This document shows, one piece after another, positions 60,454-64,000 of a stretch of DNA of 64,000 nt. How positions within the stretch are numbered: the first letter of the stretch is position 1; the number at the start of each line of letters is the position of its first letter. The translations under genes were made by a program, and so were the position numbers. The DNA is from Candidatus Multivoradales bacterium (GTDB lineage Bacteria > Acidobacteriota > Thermoanaerobaculia > Multivoradales > JAHEKO01). The DNA lies in assembly GCA_965223755.1 (NCBI GenBank), contig CBDCXF010000001.1, positions 1,487,356 through 1,551,355 of the forward strand. Direction: 5' to 3'. The notes under the pieces are model-generated. The model was not told the DNA's origin. It did no database searches and worked only from the letters and a program-made list of their open reading frames with translations.

Positions 60454-61962
60454 CTAGTCCCGATGCCAGACATCGCCCTCTCCCGGTGCGTGCCAACGTG
60501 AGGTAACGACCTTCTGGCGCGTGTAGAACTGCACCCCTTCCCGACCCTGCATGTGAAGGTCGCCGAAAAACGAGTAGTCCCAACCGCTAAACGGGAAGTA
60601 GGCCAGTGGCGCCGGCACACCAACATTGATGCCGATCATTCCCGCCTTGACCCGATGCGAAAACTCGCGCGCGGCCTTTCCGGAATCCGTGTAAAGACAG
60701 GCTCCGTTGCCGTAAGCCTGCTTATTGGCGGCCTCGATTGCGGAGTCGAGGTCGTCAAACCGCATGACATTGAGAACCGGGCCGAAGATCTCTTCGTGGC
60801 AGATCTGCATGTCATCACGCACGTGGTCGAGAATCGTCGCGCCTAAGTAAAAGCCATCGTGGCCGTTGACGTTAGGATTGCGCCCGTCCACGCGCACCTC
60901 GGCACCCTCGTTGGCGCCGACCTCGATCAACCCATGGATACGCTCGAGGTGTTCTCTGGTGATCACCGCCCCCATCGCGGCACTGGGATCGCGATCGGTG
61001 GCGCCAACCTTGATTTGCGCCGCCTGTTCGGAGAGTGGTGCGAGGAAGGGTTCGGCCACGTCTCCGACGACCACGGCGGTCGACGCAGCCATGCAGCGCT
61101 GGCCCGCACAGCCGAATGCGCCGTCGATCATTCCTTCGACCGCCTTGGGGATATTGGCGTCCGGCAAGACGAAGACGAAGTTCTTGGCTCCGCCGGCCGC
61201 CTGTACACGCTTGCCATTGGCGGTGCCGGTTTCGTAGATGTACTTGGCTACTTTTGACGAGCCGACGAAGGAAATCGCGCGCACTTTGGGATGGGTCAGC
61301 AACGCGTCGACGCACTCGCGGCCGCCGTGGACAATGTTGAGCACTCCTGACGGCAATCCCGCCTCGATCAGCAGCTCGATCAATCGGTTGCCGGTCAACG
61401 GCACTTTCTCGCTCGGTTTGAGAACAAAGGTATTACCGCAGGCGATGGCCAATGGATACATCCACATCGGGACCAAGGCCGGGAAGTTGTAGGGGCAGAT
61501 GCCGACGCAAACGCCTACTGGCTGGCGAATGGTCGTGCAATCAATGCCCGTGGCGATGTTCTCCAAGCTTTCGCCCTTGAGCAGCTCCGGCGCTCCACAG
61601 GCGTACTCGACCACCTCGATTCCGCGGCGTACGTCGCCACGCGCTTCGGTCAGGGTCTTGCCGTGCTCGCGGGTCACCAGTTGGGCCAGTTCCTCGAAAT
61701 GGTCTTCGAGCAGCATCTTGTAGCGGAACAGGACCCGGGCGCGCTCGATCGGAGGCGTCTCCATCCAGCCCGGAAAGGCCCGTTCGGCTGCGTCAACCGC
61801 GGCCTCGACTTCGGCGGCGCCGCACATCGGCGCCTCAGCGATGATCTCGCCAGTCGATGGGTTGTGGACTGGATTGCCGGCACCTTCGATCTCCTGCCAT
61901 TGGTTGTCGATCAGGATCGGACACGGAGTCAGCGTCGTTTTTGTGGGTACTTCAGTGGTCAT
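60454..61962 (-). CDS. mmsA: CoA-acylating (methyl)malonate-semialdehyde dehydrogenase
   Basis: PYNFPA, KPSEKVP, FVGSS, GGAKN, GCAGQRCMA, EEIFGPV, GMIGINVGVPAP, FFGDLH.QG. Confidence 0.93.
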   Translation of the reverse strand: MTTEVPTKTTLTPCPILIDNQWQEIEGAGNPVHNPSTGEIIAEAPMCGAAEVEAAVDAAERAFPGWMETPPIERARVLFRYKMLLEDHFEELAQLVTREHGKTLTEARGDVRRGIEVVEYACGAPELLKGESLENIATGIDCTTIRQPVGVCVGICPYNFPALVPMWMYPLAIACGNTFVLKPSEKVPLTGNRLIELLIEAGLPSGVLNIVHGGRECVDALLTHPKVRAISFVGSSKVAKYIYETGTANGKRVQAAGGAKNFVFVLPDANIPKAVEGMIDGAFGCAGQRCMAASTAVVVGDVAEPFLAPLSEQAAQIKVGATDRDPSAAMGAVITREHLERIHGLIEVGANEGAEVRVDGRNPNVNGHDGFYLGATILDHVRDDMQICHEEIFGPVLNVMRFDDLDSAIEAANKQAYGNGACLYTDSGKAAREFSHRVKAGMIGINVGVPAPLAYFPFSGWDYSFFGDLHMQGREGVQFYTRQKVVTSRWHAPGEGDVWHRD

Positions 61963-61982
61963 GGCAGTTTTCCTCGTGTGAT

Positions 61983-63293
61983 TCAGGGATGCGCTGGAAT
62001 GGGCTCCATCTCACCCTTGTCGACTCGCTCCTGATAGGTCTTCCAATTCATCGAATCCCGGCCGTTGTCGATCGCAGTCATGGTGATGCAATCGTCCACC
62101 GGACACACCAGCGAACAAAGGTTGCAACCGACACAGTCGTCTTCGCGAACTTTGGGAATGGCCTTAAAGGGTACTCGGCCGGGACCGAGGCCATGGCCAT
62201 TGGGGTCCACCAAGTCAATGCACTGATGGGCGCCGTCCTCACAGGCGATGTAGCAGAGATTGCAGCCGATGCACTTGTCGTAGTCAATACGGGCGACCCT
62301 CTGGTAGTTGAGATTGAGACTCTCCCAGGTCGTGACATTGGCCGTCGCCCGCCCTACCAAGTCGTCGAGATTGCGAAATCCTTTGGAATCTAAGTACTCG
62401 TTGAGACCCTCGGTCATGTCGGCGACGATGCGGAAGCCGTGGTGCATGATCGCGGTGCAGACCTGCAAACTGCCCGCGCCCAAAGCCAAAAATTCGGCGG
62501 CGTCTCGCCAGGTCGAGATGCCTCCGATTCCCGAGATCGGAATGCCGACCTCGGAGTCCGCCGCACAACGCTGCACCATGTTGAGGGCGATCGGCTTGAC
62601 CGCCGGTCCGCAGTAGCCGCCGTGTGTGCTCTTGCCGTCGACCAGGGGCTCCGGGACGAAGGTATCCAGATTGACCTGAGTGATGCTCTGCACGGTGTTG
62701 ATCATCGAGATCGCGTCCGCGCCGGCGTTGACCGCGGCCCGCGCCGGGCGCGTGATGTCCGTGATGTTGGGTGTGAGTTTGACGATAACCGGAATCTCGG
62801 CCACTTCCATGACCCAACCGACAATGGTCTCGATGACATCCGGGTTCTGTCCCACCGCGGACCCCATGCCGCGCTCACACATGCCGTGCGGACAGCCAAA
62901 GTTGAGCTCGACGCCATCGGAGCCGGCGTCGGTGGCTTGCTTCATGATGTCGTGCCAGTTGTCCCTGGTGTCGGTCATCAAGGACGCAATGACCGCGTGG
63001 TCCGGCCAGCGGTCTTTGACTTCACGAATCTCCCGAAAGTTGGTTTCGATGCTGCGGTCCGAGATCAGCTCGATGTTGTTGAAGCCGACCATGCGCTCGG
63101 GCCCCAGATTCAGCGCCGAGTAGCGGGAAGAGACGTTGACGATCGGCTCACCGATAGTCTTCCACACCACGCCGCCCCAGCCGGCCTCGAAGGCGCGGTG
63201 CGCTTGATAAGCGGTGTTGGAAGGCGGACCGGAAGCCACCCAAAAGGGATTCGGCGACCGAATGCCGGCGAAGTTGGTTTGAAGATCAGCCAT
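61983..63293 (-). CDS. preA: NAD-dependent dihydropyrimidine dehydrogenase subunit PreA
   Basis: SPNPFWVASGPP, NNIELISDR, ELNFGCPHGMCERGMG, KLTPNITD, GGYCGPAVKPIAL; C-terminal CIGCNLC and CVGCNLC ferredoxin motifs. Confidence 0.95.
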   Translation of the reverse strand: MADLQTNFAGIRSPNPFWVASGPPSNTAYQAHRAFEAGWGGVVWKTIGEPIVNVSSRYSALNLGPERMVGFNNIELISDRSIETNFREIREVKDRWPDHAVIASLMTDTRDNWHDIMKQATDAGSDGVELNFGCPHGMCERGMGSAVGQNPDVIETIVGWVMEVAEIPVIVKLTPNITDITRPARAAVNAGADAISMINTVQSITQVNLDTFVPEPLVDGKSTHGGYCGPAVKPIALNMVQRCAADSEVGIPISGIGGISTWRDAAEFLALGAGSLQVCTAIMHHGFRIVADMTEGLNEYLDSKGFRNLDDLVGRATANVTTWESLNLNYQRVARIDYDKCIGCNLCYIACEDGAHQCIDLVDPNGHGLGPGRVPFKAIPKVREDDCVGCNLCSLVCPVDDCITMTAIDNGRDSMNWKTYQERVDKGEMEPIPAHP

Positions 63294-64000
63294 CGGCATC
63301 TCCCTGTTGTGCTCCCCGACCGGCGTAGTACTCGCGTTCGAGGGCCGGCACCCGCACCGGTCGATGGAATCCGGCGCCAAAGTCCTGTTCCGCTCCCAGG
63401 CGACTCTTTTGCCGCAAGCCGCCGAAATCCTCCGCAGTGAACTGGGCATGAATGGCGTGCGCGGCGCGCTTGCCTTCGGCCACCGCATCGACGACCTCGG
63501 AGCCGCCGTTGGCGGCGTCCCCGCCGGCGTAGACCCGAGCTGCAGCCGTCGCCCCGGTGGCGAAATCCCGCTCGATTTCGCCGCGTTTTGAGAACTCGAC
63601 CTCCGGGAAGATGCGCTGCACTGCCTGCTGCATACGCTGTTGACCGAGGGCCTTGATGACCATGTCGAACTCCATGTCGACGGCGTTGTCGATATCCGTC
63701 TCGATCCTGCCGTCGGAGCCGACAACGGTCGGGGCCACCCGCAGTCCGGTCACGCGCTCGTCCCCAAGCACCTCGATCGGCTGGCTGAAAAAGTGGAACT
63801 CCGCACCGTCCCGCTTGGCCAATTCGTACTCGAATTCGTAGGCGGGCATCGACTCGGGGCCGCGACGGTAGATCACCGCCGCCGCCTCAGCCCCCAGCCG
63901 TTTGGACTGAGTCACCGCGTCGATGGCGGTGTTGCCGCAGCCGATCACCGCCACCCGGCGACCGACCGCCACCTCATGCAAAGGTCGAGTGCGAACCTCT
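63286..64000 (-). CDS. preT: Dihydropyrimidine dehydrogenase subunit PreT, 5'-truncated by the window
   Basis: VAVIGCGNTAIDA, YRRG...MPAY..E, KALGQ, YAGGDAANGG.EVV.AVAEGKRAA; overlaps the preA start. Confidence 0.9.
   Translation of the reverse strand, partial: EVRTRPLHEVAVGRRVAVIGCGNTAIDAVTQSKRLGAEAAAVIYRRGPESMPAYEFEYELAKRDGAEFHFFSQPIEVLGDERVTGLRVAPTVVGSDGRIETDIDNAVDMEFDMVIKALGQQRMQQAVQRIFPEVEFSKRGEIERDFATGATAAARVYAGGDAANGGSEVVDAVAEGKRAAHAIHAQFTAEDFGGLRQKSRLGAEQDFGAGFHRPVRVPALEREYYAGRGAQQGDADG

Noticed and set aside
61983-63725. 580-aa PreA with a long N-terminal extension
   Set aside because: The extension overlaps preT. Homology starts at MADLQTNFAG (63293), which has a GGGAG RBS.

Overview
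GC-rich (about 62% in spot counts) bacterial chromosome segment. The gene repertoire loosely suggests an anaerobic or facultative Acidobacteriota-like host, but this is a low-confidence inference. No rRNA, tRNA, CRISPR array, integrase or intact transposase was recognised. Left to right: the 3' part of an AddA-like helicase-nuclease; a hydrolase/TetR/VPS10-repeat block; an ECF sigma factor with a YfbK-like vWA partner; an RDD-SpoIIM-DUF4129-DUF4350-MoxR-DUF58 cluster plus two bacterial PH-domain genes; a hemerythrin divergent from a TetR-had-oah-bcrCBAD-dch operon (ATP-dependent class I benzoyl-CoA reductase pathway) across a shared perfect palindrome; a secreted His/Tyr/Lys-rich protein; an AT-richer islet with a frameshifted TM/PLD-like/histidine-phosphatase fusion; a coupled ppk2-ppk2-nifJ-DHOD-like-pdxH-tnaA run; a 4-gene AT-richer island (TM protein, DUF2235 hydrolase with an inserted domain, ComEC-like MBL hydrolase, TIGR04141/DUF6119-like protein) that may be a defence locus; an MtrAB-type porin-decaheme conduit divergent from a monoheme cytochrome and a NapC/NirT tetraheme; an M14 peptidase; an orphan 157-aa Trp/Cys-rich protein with an exactly symmetric three-rung Cys ladder; and a reductive pyrimidine catabolism operon (preT-preA-mmsA-hydA) running off the right edge. 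Best novelty candidates are the Cys-ladder protein, the 4-gene island, the frameshifted fusion, and the class I BCR operon with hemerythrin co-occurring with an extracellular electron transfer conduit. All family calls come from motif recognition by eye; no database search was run.
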